Source of the DNA: a virus
Virus record (IMG/VR): IMGVR_UViG_3300042519_001698
Length of the DNA: 64,000 nt
Direction: 5' to 3' (one strand)
Shown: in pieces, positions 28,880-38,523 of the stretch
How the letters are laid out: every line of letters starts with the position of its first letter
Position numbering within the stretch: the stretch's first letter is position 1
Notes under the pieces: model-generated
Seen by the model: only the letters and a program-made list of their open reading frames with translations
Database searches by the model: none
What the model was told of the DNA's origin: nothing
Program-made: the position numbers and the translations under genes

Positions 28880-29994
28880 TTTTTTTTTTCATCTTCATTT
28901 TCGGAAGATGTATCAATATTTTCGTCTATTTTAAATTCCTTTACTTCTTCGGGTGTTGCAAATGGTTCAGGGACAAATCCATCAAAATCTTCTTCAGTAT
29001 CTAAATCCCTTTCATATTCACGTTGATTCATTTCCATTATTTCCTCGTCAGACATTGAAGGTACAAATTCATCTTTGTGGAAAATATTCTCCGTTTCAGG
29101 TTCTATAGTGGAAAAATTTCGTTGAACTTCTTCTTCAGTTGGTTCTTCTTGTAAAATTTTCTCTATTTCTTCTTCAGTAAAGAATGGTTCTTCATCTTCT
29201 AAACCATCCATCAATGTGACATCCCAATCTGAGGTTTCTTCTTTAATCATTGGACTATCAAATGGTTCGTCATATAAACCTAATTCTTGGTCGTTCTTCA
29301 TCATGTCCGCTAATAGTTCGCCACGTTTTTCACGTTCAATATCTGTCTTCATTTTATAATATTCAGCGGCAGATTTTAAAGTGTCATTTGGTCCTTGTGG
29401 ATTTAATAAAACATCTTCAAGTATCTTTAAATCATTATCACTTAAATGTATTCTTGAGGACTCATCAACAAAATCTTTTAAATCTTCGGGATTAGATTCT
29501 TTAGTGTCGACAATTTTTTCATTAAGTCTATCTTCTTCAGTAAACTTTACCAACATGTGTAAGAAAGATAATGAGATAATTGGTAACATACCACCAGCAA
29601 AAAATGCTAAGAATCTTTTATGTCCAACAAAATCATTTGCGTCAACACCCATAAATTCAACTAATGGTGAAACCAACCCAACCCAATCTTTAAATAATTG
29701 GCCGTCTATATCGATATAAGAATACGCGAAAAATATGTTACCGATAAATTGAATAACTGTCACAACTGCAAATGGGAAATATACTTTCTTACCCATGTTA
29801 GCTGATATCGCAGCAAGAGCCGATAATGCTGCAATTTCAATTCCTATGGACAAGTAAATTGCCCAACTAACAGGATTAGAAATACCATACCATTTTGTTA
29901 CGTGTGAAATAGAGACAATTGCAACAGTAATGATTGGAATCAAAAACGCCGTAATAATTAATGTCTTATAATTTTGATTTAACCAATGTTTCAT
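28876..29994 (-). CDS. Multi-TM membrane protein with long acidic C-terminal tail
   Basis: About 4 hydrophobic segments in the first 150 aa; ends GAA AAA AAA AAT TAG. Confidence 0.8.
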   Translation of the reverse strand: MKHWLNQNYKTLIITAFLIPIITVAIVSISHVTKWYGISNPVSWAIYLSIGIEIAALSALAAISANMGKKVYFPFAVVTVIQFIGNIFFAYSYIDIDGQLFKDWVGLVSPLVEFMGVDANDFVGHKRFLAFFAGGMLPIISLSFLHMLVKFTEEDRLNEKIVDTKESNPEDLKDFVDESSRIHLSDNDLKILEDVLLNPQGPNDTLKSAAEYYKMKTDIEREKRGELLADMMKNDQELGLYDEPFDSPMIKEETSDWDVTLMDGLEDEEPFFTEEEIEKILQEEPTEEEVQRNFSTIEPETENIFHKDEFVPSMSDEEIMEMNQREYERDLDTEEDFDGFVPEPFATPEEVKEFKIDENIDTSSENEDEKKN

Positions 29995-30263
29995 TATTTG
30001 ATTGTTTCCTCCAATTTTTTAATTTCTTCGTCAATCACAGTTTGTCTTTGTACATCTAACATTTTACGGTCAGTTGCTTGAATCATTCTTTTCTCTGAAC
30101 GAAGTCCTTCTATTTTCATCTTAGTTGAAATTTTACTTTCCAAATCTGTCATTTCTTTTCTGACCTTTGCAATTTCTCTAGTGTCACCACACCCTTTAAA
30201 AAATGTTAGTAGTGAAATCGCCAATACAATTATTGTAAAATTTTCTTGAATAAATTTTTTCAT
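29994..30263 (-). CDS. Single-TM/lipoprotein-like coiled-coil protein (possible spanin component)
   Basis: N-terminal hydrophobic helix ending FFKGC, then coiled coil. Confidence 0.55.
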   Translation of the reverse strand: MKKFIQENFTIIVLAISLLTFFKGCGDTREIAKVRKEMTDLESKISTKMKIEGLRSEKRMIQATDRKMLDVQRQTVIDEEIKKLEETIK

Positions 30264-30281
30264 ATTTTAATTTTTTTACTT

Positions 30282-31097
30282 TTATAAATAGTTTAGTAAG
30301 TCAAAACTCTCGTTTCTGAGTTTCTTTATTGCTTTATCTCTCAATTGTCTAATACGTTCTTTGGTACAACCAAACTCTTCTCCCAAATCTTCTAGATTAC
30401 ATTCTGTTCCCGTTAAACCAAAATATCTTTCAATAATGGTCTTTTCTCTATCATCTAAAACACTTAACATTAAGTTCACCTTTTTTTTAATTTCTTCTGG
30501 TGAATTTAAAATAGCATCAGGACTTTCAATATTTTTATTTGGGATTACGTCAATTAATTGGTCACCCTCTTCGTTAATCTCTCTGTATAAACCAATACAA
30601 TATGGTAATGTAGTTCCAATTGGTGTTGATTCACTTTCATCATCTATATAAAATCTATCTTCTTGACTGACATGTCTTTTCTTTTCTTTTTGAGCGTCTT
30701 GAACAAGATTGGATGGTATTCTAATTGTTCTCGCATTCTCATTTAATGATGCAATCATTGATTGTCTAACCCACCATACCGCATACGAAATAAATTTCAA
30801 TCCACTTGTGGGATCAAATCTTTCAGATGCCTTCATTAAACCTATGTTACCTTCTGAAATTAAATCTAATAAATCTAAACCTTGATTTTGATATCCCTTA
30901 GCGACCGAAATTACAAATCTTAAATTACCGACAACTAACTCGTCAAATAACGATTGTTTTTCAAATTTTGAGATGTCTTTTTTTTGTAGAAGAAGAAAAA
31001 TTTCTTCTTGTCTTTCGTGTGAAATTACAGGGATTCTACGAAGATCTTTAATGTAATGTTGAATTTCATCGCCGTTAATTAGAATAGATTTTTTCAT
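30282..31097 (-). CDS. RNA polymerase sigma-70 family factor, Bacteroidota primary-sigma type lacking region 1.1
   Basis: NLRFVISVAK.YQNQGL.L.DLI.EGN.GL.KA.ERFD...G.KFISYAVWW.RQ (region 2); R.FGL...LE.LG..F..T.ERIRQ (region 4). Confidence 0.93.
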   Translation of the reverse strand: MKKSILINGDEIQHYIKDLRRIPVISHERQEEIFLLLQKKDISKFEKQSLFDELVVGNLRFVISVAKGYQNQGLDLLDLISEGNIGLMKASERFDPTSGLKFISYAVWWVRQSMIASLNENARTIRIPSNLVQDAQKEKKRHVSQEDRFYIDDESESTPIGTTLPYCIGLYREINEEGDQLIDVIPNKNIESPDAILNSPEEIKKKVNLMLSVLDDREKTIIERYFGLTGTECNLEDLGEEFGCTKERIRQLRDKAIKKLRNESFDLLNYL

Positions 31098-31145
31098 TTT
31101 AGTAAGTTTATGTAGTTTAAGTTATACTAAAATAGATAAAAAAAA

Positions 31146-31607
31146 TCAATTTTCAAAATTATCCAAGAAGTTTTTTTCCTCAGATGTTAAACTTTCAATT
31201 CCCATTTGTTTAATTTTATCCAACAACTGGTCTAAGTCCATTATTTCGGTTGGTTTAGACGGTTTGTCATATTCAACCTTGACTATTTGATTCTCAGTTG
31301 TAGTTTTAAAAATCAAGTTTTTAACCTCCAATGGAAGGTGTGCAGTTACTAAACTATGTCTATCAAACATAAAATAAAACTTAATATTGTCATCAATTAA
31401 GATGGTAAACATTTCTTTTGAAAGTGTTGTGTAGTCTAAGTCTGATTCAAATATCACAATAATATTTTGTGTATTTTCAATTACATATCTTACCGTTTTT
31501 ATAAAAGGTAATTCACCAATGATGTCAGTACAAAAATACTCAAGATCATCGTAATCTTCAAACATGCCAAAAATAAATAATATGAAGGTTTTAGATTTAT
31601 CCATCAT
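31146..31607 (-). CDS. Hypothetical protein with DUF6576-like C-terminus
   Basis: C-terminal LDQLLDKI...G.ESLT.EEK.FL resembles the Bacteroidota DUF6576 motif. Confidence 0.55.
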   Translation of the reverse strand: MMDKSKTFILFIFGMFEDYDDLEYFCTDIIGELPFIKTVRYVIENTQNIIVIFESDLDYTTLSKEMFTILIDDNIKFYFMFDRHSLVTAHLPLEVKNLIFKTTTENQIVKVEYDKPSKPTEIMDLDQLLDKIKQMGIESLTSEEKNFLDNFEN

Positions 31608-31614
31608 TGTAAAA

Positions 31615-32259
31615 TTATTTTAATTTAAGTTTCCAATAAACTCCACCTCCAATAAACGGAGTTAATCTTCCTTCAGTTCCCGCGTCGTCAACTCTATTAG
31701 TGACACCAACACCTAATTTATACATGTGTCTATCATCTTTATTTTTAAATAACATACTTAATCCTATGATATTGATTACGTTAGGTTTGTCAAATTTCAC
31801 ATCTAATCCTAAATATGCCTCCGATTTTCTTGGTATTTGTGTGTAGATAGTATCGTTAATTATCATACGTTTAACGTCAGCAATAAACTTACGATTGACT
31901 ATTGTGTTATTAGCAATTGTATCGATAATTGTTACGGTTCCTTGATTGTTGGGTAATTTCAAAACATCCTTATATTGTATCTTAGCAAAATGTGATTTCA
32001 ATATTTCGGCGGTGTCAACTGATTGAATTACAGGTACTTCAACTTTAACCTCGTATGGAACCTTAACCTCATATAGTACCTCAACCTCAACAGGAACTTC
32101 AATTTCTGTTGTGTCGTGTACCTCAAATGGAATTGAATCTATTTGTGTCACAGTTTTAGTTCTATTGGGCATAAATCCTTTAGGATTTAAAAATTCTAAA
32201 GCACATATTAATAATAACAATACTATAACAATATGTCTAATATCTAAAATTTTTTTCAT
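31615..32259 (-). CDS. Membrane-anchored protein with EVPV repeats and aromatic C-terminal beta strand
   Basis: N-terminal TM, EVPVEVEV..EVKVPYEVKVEVPV, ends FIGGGVYWKLKLK. Confidence 0.65.
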   Translation of the reverse strand: MKKILDIRHIVIVLLLLICALEFLNPKGFMPNRTKTVTQIDSIPFEVHDTTEIEVPVEVEVLYEVKVPYEVKVEVPVIQSVDTAEILKSHFAKIQYKDVLKLPNNQGTVTIIDTIANNTIVNRKFIADVKRMIINDTIYTQIPRKSEAYLGLDVKFDKPNVINIIGLSMLFKNKDDRHMYKLGVGVTNRVDDAGTEGRLTPFIGGGVYWKLKLK

Positions 32260-32261
32260 AT

Positions 32262-32687
32262 TTACTTAAGAAGATATAACGATGTCATTATTATTCCTGC
32301 GAATGACCCTACTTTATAAAGAAAAGTTTTTCTTCTTTGTCCTTTTAATTCTTTTAATAAACTTTCAGATTTTTGTCTCTCCAATCCAAATTGTTCATCT
32401 TTTTTATTGATGATTACTTCTAAATTAGAAATCTTTTGGTCTTTAAGTGTGTCTTTTTGTTTAAATAAATCAATTTGTTGATCCTTAAAACCAATAACTT
32501 TATTTAATTCAACAATCTCTAATTTTACCCCATCATAACGAAGTAAATCTTGGTAGACTAATCTAGCGACTTTTGTTGGTATAGTAACTTTAGTCGTGTC
32601 TAATACAATAACTTTAGTTGTATCTGTTTGTGAATAACTGCTCAAGCTCAACATTACCAATAGTAGTAATAGCATTAACTTTTTCAT
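32262..32687 (-). CDS. Secreted coiled-coil protein with C-terminal TM (spanin-like candidate)
   Basis: Signal peptide MKKLMLLLLLVMLSLSSYSQ, coiled coil, hydrophobic C-terminus; start nested in the upstream gene. Confidence 0.55.
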   Translation of the reverse strand: MKKLMLLLLLVMLSLSSYSQTDTTKVIVLDTTKVTIPTKVARLVYQDLLRYDGVKLEIVELNKVIGFKDQQIDLFKQKDTLKDQKISNLEVIINKKDEQFGLERQKSESLLKELKGQRRKTFLYKVGSFAGIIMTSLYLLK

Positions 32688-32949
32688 CTGTGTTGTTTTT
32701 AATAATAGTTATGTTTTTCGTTACGTTGTCAATATCTCTATCAACACTAACAATGTGATTGTCAACTTTTTCAATTTGACTGTCTATTTCTTTGTTCGCA
32801 GTATAAACCGAATCTATTTCCTTTTGTAAGGATTCAATTTTAGCATTATATCCTGCAACATCGGTTTTTATACCTTGATTTTGAAAAATGGTATAAGCCG
32901 CCAAACAAGCAATCAAAACTAATAAGATGTTTGTTTTATCAATCTTCAT
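32614..32949 (-). CDS. TM-anchored coiled-coil protein (i-spanin-like candidate)
   Basis: N-terminal TM then heptad pattern; 74-nt overlap with the next gene. Confidence 0.55.
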   Translation of the reverse strand: MKIDKTNILLVLIACLAAYTIFQNQGIKTDVAGYNAKIESLQKEIDSVYTANKEIDSQIEKVDNHIVSVDRDIDNVTKNITIIKNNTDEKVNAITTIGNVELEQLFTNRYN

Positions 32950-32976
32950 ATTATATGTTTTATTATAAATATGAAG

Positions 32977-32999
32977 AAAGGGGACTTTCGTCCCCTTTT
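32977..32999 (-). terminator. Intrinsic terminator after clpP
   Basis: Minus strand GGGGAC GAAA GTCCCC TTTCTT. Confidence 0.8.
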
Positions 33000-33001
33000 A
33001 C

Positions 33002-33676
33002 TTATTTCTTTTTCTTCACTATCTCATCGATTATTCCGTAAGTTAGTGCCTCGTCGGCCCCCAACCACAAATCTCGAGATGCGTCGTTTTTAACTTGGTC
33101 CGCCGTTTTACCACAATATCCACCCAACAGTTCAAATAGGGTGTCATTTATCTTCTCCCACTCAGCAAACGTGATACGAGCGTCTTGGATGTTACCACCA
33201 GCACCACCCGAAGATTGGTGTAACATGGTACGAGAGAACCTTAATGAACCTCTTTTACCTTTAGTACCCGCACCTAATAGGACAGAACCCATTGACGCAG
33301 CCATACCTGTGTTTATTGTTCGGATATCAGAACTAATGTATTCCATAACATCAACCATGGATAAACCTGACTTAACAGACCCACCAGGACTATCAATGTG
33401 CATAGTAATGTCATTATGGTCAGTACTATCTAAAAACATTAACTGAGCCTGTACAATGGTTGACATTTGGTCATTTACTTCACCCGCTACCCATATGATA
33501 CGTTCCATCATTAAACGTGAAAACACGTCCATAATTGTTACATTCATACTTCTTTCTTCTAAAATGTATGGGGTTAGACTATTTTCAACTCTTTTATTGT
33601 AGTTATGTAAGTTCAATGAACTAACACCGTGGTCTTTTGCGTAAAGACCGAAATCTTTAAATTCGTTTGGGGTCAT
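33002..33676 (-). CDS. clpP: ATP-dependent Clp protease proteolytic subunit
   Basis: DVFSRLMMERII, IDSPGGSV, AASMG (Ser), MLHQ (His), RD.WL.A.EA..YGIID; Bacteroidota-type N-terminal extension TPYILEER. Confidence 0.96.
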   Translation of the reverse strand: MTPNEFKDFGLYAKDHGVSSLNLHNYNKRVENSLTPYILEERSMNVTIMDVFSRLMMERIIWVAGEVNDQMSTIVQAQLMFLDSTDHNDITMHIDSPGGSVKSGLSMVDVMEYISSDIRTINTGMAASMGSVLLGAGTKGKRGSLRFSRTMLHQSSGGAGGNIQDARITFAEWEKINDTLFELLGGYCGKTADQVKNDASRDLWLGADEALTYGIIDEIVKKKK

Positions 33677-33729
33677 ATAAGTTTATTTTGTATAACACAA
33701 AAATAGGCATTTATATTCTAAATAAAAAA

Positions 33730-33758
33730 TTGACTGTGTTATTTATTTTTTTTATATT
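33730..33758 (+). promoter_or_regulatory. Sigma70-like promoter of the heptose cassette
   Basis: TTGACT-17 nt-TATATT, 6 nt before ATG 33765. Confidence 0.65.
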
Positions 33759-33764
33759 TTGATT

Positions 33765-34562
33765 ATGAAGATAACAGTAATAGGTGAGTTATGTGAGGAT
33801 ATTTTTGTATATGGGGAAACAAAAAGATTAAGTCCTGAAGCTCCAGTACCCGTTTTTAACCCATTTTATACTGACAAGAACCCAGGTATGGCGGGAAATG
33901 TGGTAGAAAATCTAAAACCATTAGATTTAGACATTGAGGTTGGGTTCATACATCAGAATAAAATTATAACCAAAACTAGATTTGTGGACTACAAATCCAA
34001 TCATATGTTTATAAGGGTGGATGAGGGTGAGAACAATGTTGAACCATTGATATTAACTGAGGAAATCATTGAACAAATTAAAGAATCTGACGCTGTTATT
34101 ATCAGTGATTATAATAAAGGATTTTTGAATGAGGATATTTTATTTGAGATTAGTTATCATTCTCGTTTCATTATAATGGACACTAAAAAGAAAATATCTG
34201 AAAAATTAGTACCAAACTTTAATTTTATAAAATTGAACGAAGACGAATATACTAATTTTGATAGTTATATTAAAATATTACATTCTAACAAATTAATTGT
34301 AACTTTGGGCTCAAAGGGTGCAAAATATATGGACGAATTATTTCCGTCTAACGACCCTAAAGAGACAATTGATGTGAGTGGTGCAGGTGATACGTTTACC
34401 GCGTCTTTCACATTAAAATATTTGGAAACTAAAAATATTAAAGAATCAATTGTTCACGCTAATGAAATGGCGGCAATTGTGGTATCAAAAAGAGGAGTAT
34501 CAACACCATGGAAAAAGCAATTATCACTGGATCAAAGGGATTTATTGGTCAAAATTTATTAA
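33765..34562 (+). CDS. hldE: D-glycero-beta-D-manno-heptose-7-phosphate kinase (HldE/RfaE kinase domain only, PfkB family)
   Basis: RLSPEAPVPV, GMAGNV..NL, IISDYNKG, DVSGAGDT; start refined to ATG 33765. Confidence 0.88.
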   Translation: MKITVIGELCEDIFVYGETKRLSPEAPVPVFNPFYTDKNPGMAGNVVENLKPLDLDIEVGFIHQNKIITKTRFVDYKSNHMFIRVDEGENNVEPLILTEEIIEQIKESDAVIISDYNKGFLNEDILFEISYHSRFIIMDTKKKISEKLVPNFNFIKLNEDEYTNFDSYIKILHSNKLIVTLGSKGAKYMDELFPSNDPKETIDVSGAGDTFTASFTLKYLETKNIKESIVHANEMAAIVVSKRGVSTPWKKQLSLDQRDLLVKIY

Positions 34563-35323
34563 ACGAATTAAAAGGTAAATTTGAAATTTTAGAAATAAAC
34601 GAAGACATCTTCGATAAACCAAAATGGTATGACGAGATATTTTTTTTATTAAATAATTTTGAACCTGATGTAATATTCCATGTTGGTGCATGTTCAGACA
34701 CATTAGAAACTGACGTGAATTACATGATGACAAGAAACTACGAATTTACTCGTTGTTTATCTGAATGGACAAACACAATGAATAAGAAGTTAATATATTC
34801 ATCGTCAGCAGCTAATTATGGAACCAATGGTATACACCCATCTAACCTATATGGTTGGAGTAAGTATGTTGCTGAACAATTAGTAATTACAAATGGTGGA
34901 ATTGCATTACGTTATTTTAATGTGTATGGACCTTTAGAAAACAACAAAGGAAAAATGGCTTCAGTTGCGTACCAAATGTTACAAAAGCAAAAAGAAGGAC
35001 AAGAGATTAAATTATTTCCACTTAAACCAAAACGAGATTTTGTTTATATAAAAGATGTTGTAAGTGCAAACATATACGCTGTAGAAAATTACACAGAAAA
35101 TGCGGGTGATTGGTATGAGGTTGGTAATGGTGTCGCAAGAACCTTTGAAGATGTATTAGATAATTTGAATTTAACGTACACATACCACGATGAAAAAGAT
35201 ATCCCTAATGGATATCAATTCCATACTGAAAGTAAACCATATAAATGGATGTTTGGTTGGGAATCACAATGGAATTTAGAAGATGGTTTAAAAGATTACC
35301 TTACGTTTCTAAATCAATTATGA
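34508..35323 (+). CDS. hldD: ADP-L-glycero-D-manno-heptose-6-epimerase
   Basis: ITGSKGFIG, FH.GACSDT.E.D..YMM..NY, YSSSAANYG, YGWSK, LRYFNVYGP.E..KG.MASV, RDFVY.KDVV. Confidence 0.9.
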   Translation: MEKAIITGSKGFIGQNLLNELKGKFEILEINEDIFDKPKWYDEIFFLLNNFEPDVIFHVGACSDTLETDVNYMMTRNYEFTRCLSEWTNTMNKKLIYSSSAANYGTNGIHPSNLYGWSKYVAEQLVITNGGIALRYFNVYGPLENNKGKMASVAYQMLQKQKEGQEIKLFPLKPKRDFVYIKDVVSANIYAVENYTENAGDWYEVGNGVARTFEDVLDNLNLTYTYHDEKDIPNGYQFHTESKPYKWMFGWESQWNLEDGLKDYLTFLNQL

Positions 35324-37660
35324 AATCTTAGTGGTAATGAAATCAATCGATGAAACATTCTCATCTTTCTTAATCATTATTAAATTATCCGACCAGTTAC
35401 GAATTAAAGAGTTATGTGAAATAACGAATATGTGTTCAAAGTAATCTTTAATCTTTTTAAAGAACTCACCTACCATCTCTAAATTTTCATCAGCAATTTT
35501 TCCAAACACTTCATCCATTACCACAATGTTTGGTTTAGGTAATGAAGATATTTTAGTCAACACACTACGAAGTGCCAATGATGAAATTGTTCTTTCATAA
35601 CCTGAACCTGAATTCAATGGTTTTACAATTCTTGTTTCTGTATCAATCATAATAAACTCAACTTCGTTTTTATCATTAACATTTAATTCTAAAATGAAAT
35701 GACAACTATCAACAAGTAATCGATATAGCTCTTGATTTATTAATGGAATCATATTTTTCATTATGATTTTAGAAATACCATTCTTACCATAAATTGTCAA
35801 ATAGATTTTAAATACCGCAAGTAAATCCTCTTCAGATTTAATCTTTGAAATCAAATCATTATTAACACCAATCTTTTCATTCATATTGGTAATGTTATTA
35901 CGATTCTTTTCAATTGATGTATTAGTTACTCTAATGTTAGCCGACGCAGTTTCAATTTGAGTTCTTAATTTTATAACCAGTGCGTCGATTTTTTGATTCT
36001 CTTCTAACTTCTTCTTATTATTTTCATAATTGTCAAGTTTCAGTTGTTTAGAATCAATTTCAAGTTGTTTTTGTTCAACCTCTAATTCGCTTCTTTCTTT
36101 ACGAAGCTTATTTCTTTCGTAAGTTTCAAATTCTGTTTTTAAAATATCAAAGGCTTCAGATTGTCCTTTTAACAAATCAAATTGAATTTGATTTAATTCA
36201 ATCTCCTTGATGATATCTTCAATTTCTTTTCTAATCTTTTCAATTTCATCTGTATGGTCAACCTCATCTAACGCTCTATTACATGTTGGACAAACCGTAC
36301 CTTCTTCAAATTGTTTGATTAGTTTTTCTCTATCAGTTTTCTCGTATTTGTATGCAATATCAACTCCTTGAAGGTTCGCCATTTGACCTCTCAATTCTTT
36401 ATGTTGATCCTCATGATAATATAGGGATGGTTCAACGACATTAATATTGTTTGCATTAGTTTGACTTGTATTCCTTACTTTAATTAAATCGTTAATTTCT
36501 CTCTGAAGTAAAATTGGATTGGTATTAATTAAATCTTTATCAACATTATTGTTTTTAGATTCTAAAGAGTCGTCTCTTTGTTTTTCTAATTTCTTTAATT
36601 CCTTTTCAAACTCACCTAAGTCCTTTGTTAATTCTGTTATTTTATTTTCAGATTCGGTAATACTATTTCCATATTCTAAATTGTTATTTTGTAATTCAAC
36701 AATGTTATATGTGTTTGAAACTAATTTTTTACTCCAATCATTATAAATCTCTTTTGCAATTTCTTCCTTTGCTTTAAGACTTTCTAAACCCATAAATTTG
36801 GTTAGGATTTGTCCTCGTGCAGTTGGTTTAGATTCAATAAGTTCTTCTAAATTATATCCAGTAGTTAAGATTGTAGAAAGAAAATCTTCTTCGGTTCCAA
36901 TTGCAGATGCAATGAACGCTTCAGTCTCTCTTCTTTGTTCACCAGATAGGTTCAGTATTGTTCCATCTTCACTTTTCTTATAGAACTCCAATTTGTTACT
37001 TACCGTGTATTCACCCGATTTACTTAATTTACGTAATGTTAATCTTTCAATAACATAATCATCACCATCTATTGTAATTTCACCACGTACACTTACTTCA
37101 TTCTTATCGGTAAACCTATTAAAGATTTCACCATTCGTTTTAGTTTTAGTTGTGGTATTGAAAAATAAGAACATTAATAAATCAACAGTAGATGTGGACT
37201 TACCACCAAAATTCTTTGGTGTTGATTCTATAACTGTAATGCCGTCAAGATTTGTAAAATCAATAACGTTATTGTCACCAAATGAAAGAAAATTAGAGAA
37301 TTCAACTTTCTTAATGTACCATTTATTGTACCTAACTTTATTTTCGTTTAGTTTGTCAATTTGTACATTAACTTTATCATCAAGTCGATTTATTAACTCC
37401 CATTTGATATCAATATCATTGTCCTTAACAAAATCACGCATCAACTTTTTTTGGTATTGGTGGTCAAGTATGTTGTCTGTAACTTCTAAAGATTCTAAAC
37501 GTGTCTGATTGACATTCGTTAGTGTTTTAGTGATTACCTGAATATTTTTAGAATTGTATTTTTCTTGGAAATATGATTTTACTCTTTTGATTTTTTCAGG
37601 AGTAAAATTCTCGGGTACATCTTCCCAAGTTACTTTAATAAACGGGTTATCGTTTGGCAT
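35318..37660 (-). CDS. sbcC: Rad50/SbcC (T4 gp46-like) recombination ATPase with about 110-aa N-terminal extension
   Basis: KVEFSNFLSFG, NFGGKST (Walker A variant), coiled coil with CPTC zinc hook, SGSGYE signature, VMDEVFG Walker B, VISH. Confidence 0.9.
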   Translation of the reverse strand: MPNDNPFIKVTWEDVPENFTPEKIKRVKSYFQEKYNSKNIQVITKTLTNVNQTRLESLEVTDNILDHQYQKKLMRDFVKDNDIDIKWELINRLDDKVNVQIDKLNENKVRYNKWYIKKVEFSNFLSFGDNNVIDFTNLDGITVIESTPKNFGGKSTSTVDLLMFLFFNTTTKTKTNGEIFNRFTDKNEVSVRGEITIDGDDYVIERLTLRKLSKSGEYTVSNKLEFYKKSEDGTILNLSGEQRRETEAFIASAIGTEEDFLSTILTTGYNLEELIESKPTARGQILTKFMGLESLKAKEEIAKEIYNDWSKKLVSNTYNIVELQNNNLEYGNSITESENKITELTKDLGEFEKELKKLEKQRDDSLESKNNNVDKDLINTNPILLQREINDLIKVRNTSQTNANNINVVEPSLYYHEDQHKELRGQMANLQGVDIAYKYEKTDREKLIKQFEEGTVCPTCNRALDEVDHTDEIEKIRKEIEDIIKEIELNQIQFDLLKGQSEAFDILKTEFETYERNKLRKERSELEVEQKQLEIDSKQLKLDNYENNKKKLEENQKIDALVIKLRTQIETASANIRVTNTSIEKNRNNITNMNEKIGVNNDLISKIKSEEDLLAVFKIYLTIYGKNGISKIIMKNMIPLINQELYRLLVDSCHFILELNVNDKNEVEFIMIDTETRIVKPLNSGSGYERTISSLALRSVLTKISSLPKPNIVVMDEVFGKIADENLEMVGEFFKKIKDYFEHIFVISHNSLIRNWSDNLIMIKKDENVSSIDFITTKIS

Positions 37661-38208
37661 ATTCTTTCTTTAAGACTTAATTTTTTTGTTTGTTGTAAAA
37701 CATATTCACCGTACAGTAAATCATATGTTTCAACGTGTTCATTTCTAAATGATATCCAATCCTCAACTTCATTACTGTTATTTGGTTGGAAGCTTGTTCT
37801 AATTAGTTTATTAGAATCTCTGACAGTTTCAGGTCTAATAACAATTAGTTGTGTAAAATCTTTATTTGTTCTAACAAATATATTTTTTTTACTGCTTGGA
37901 TTTATAATCTCTTTTCCACGGTATAGATTAACATCTTTCCAATATTTTTCTTTTCTTAATGGGATATTGATTGTTCTGTAATCTAATCCGGTTAAATTTA
38001 GTGAATATGAATCAACATTCCAAAAATTGCCGTTCCATTTCCCATGTTCAACCTCAACCCCTAATAAATTATCATTAATACCTAATAAGTCGATTTTTTT
38101 CTCTACTTCATTTGATTTTAATTCTACATTGAATCTTTTTTTAAAGAATTCAATAACTGCGTTTCGTACTAATGTATCGTCGAAACTTGTGCCTCTTAAT
38201 TTGGCCAT
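37630..38208 (-). CDS. Hypothetical protein, possible PD-(D/E)XK-like nuclease
   Basis: KIDLLG...GVEVE pattern; weak. Confidence 0.45.
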   Translation of the reverse strand: MAKLRGTSFDDTLVRNAVIEFFKKRFNVELKSNEVEKKIDLLGINDNLLGVEVEHGKWNGNFWNVDSYSLNLTGLDYRTINIPLRKEKYWKDVNLYRGKEIINPSSKKNIFVRTNKDFTQLIVIRPETVRDSNKLIRTSFQPNNSNEVEDWISFRNEHVETYDLLYGEYVLQQTKKLSLKERICQTITRLLK

Positions 38209-38214
38209 TCATTT

Positions 38215-38523
38215 TTATTTAATTCTGCTCTCCTCGAAAAATTCGACGATTGCATTTATAGCCCATACCGACCCTGCAGTAAACATTCCATCAAAAAATA
38301 GCTGGGCTAACCAATTTGATTGTAAATAATGATTACTTAATCCTCCTAAAACAAGAGACATAAAAAATCCAACCCACGTAGATGTACAAAGTGTACAACC
38401 TATTAATGTTCCAAACCATTTTGAATTTGCAGTAATCCAAACTCTTTGATTTTCAAAAATTTTACCCCACACTAATATGGAGGTCATTCCGTAAGCCGCT
38501 AAAGCCCAAAATAATAATAACAT
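38215..38523 (-). CDS. Small membrane protein, DUF1360-like
   Basis: Three hydrophobic segments with LIGCTLCTSTWVG (CxxC.S.W). Confidence 0.6.
   Translation of the reverse strand: MLLLFWALAAYGMTSILVWGKIFENQRVWITANSKWFGTLIGCTLCTSTWVGFFMSLVLGGLSNHYLQSNWLAQLFFDGMFTAGSVWAINAIVEFFEESRIK

Noticed and set aside
37630-38208. Homing endonuclease insertion
   Set aside because: No HNH, GIY-YIG or LAGLIDADG motif; only a weak PD-(D/E)XK-like pattern
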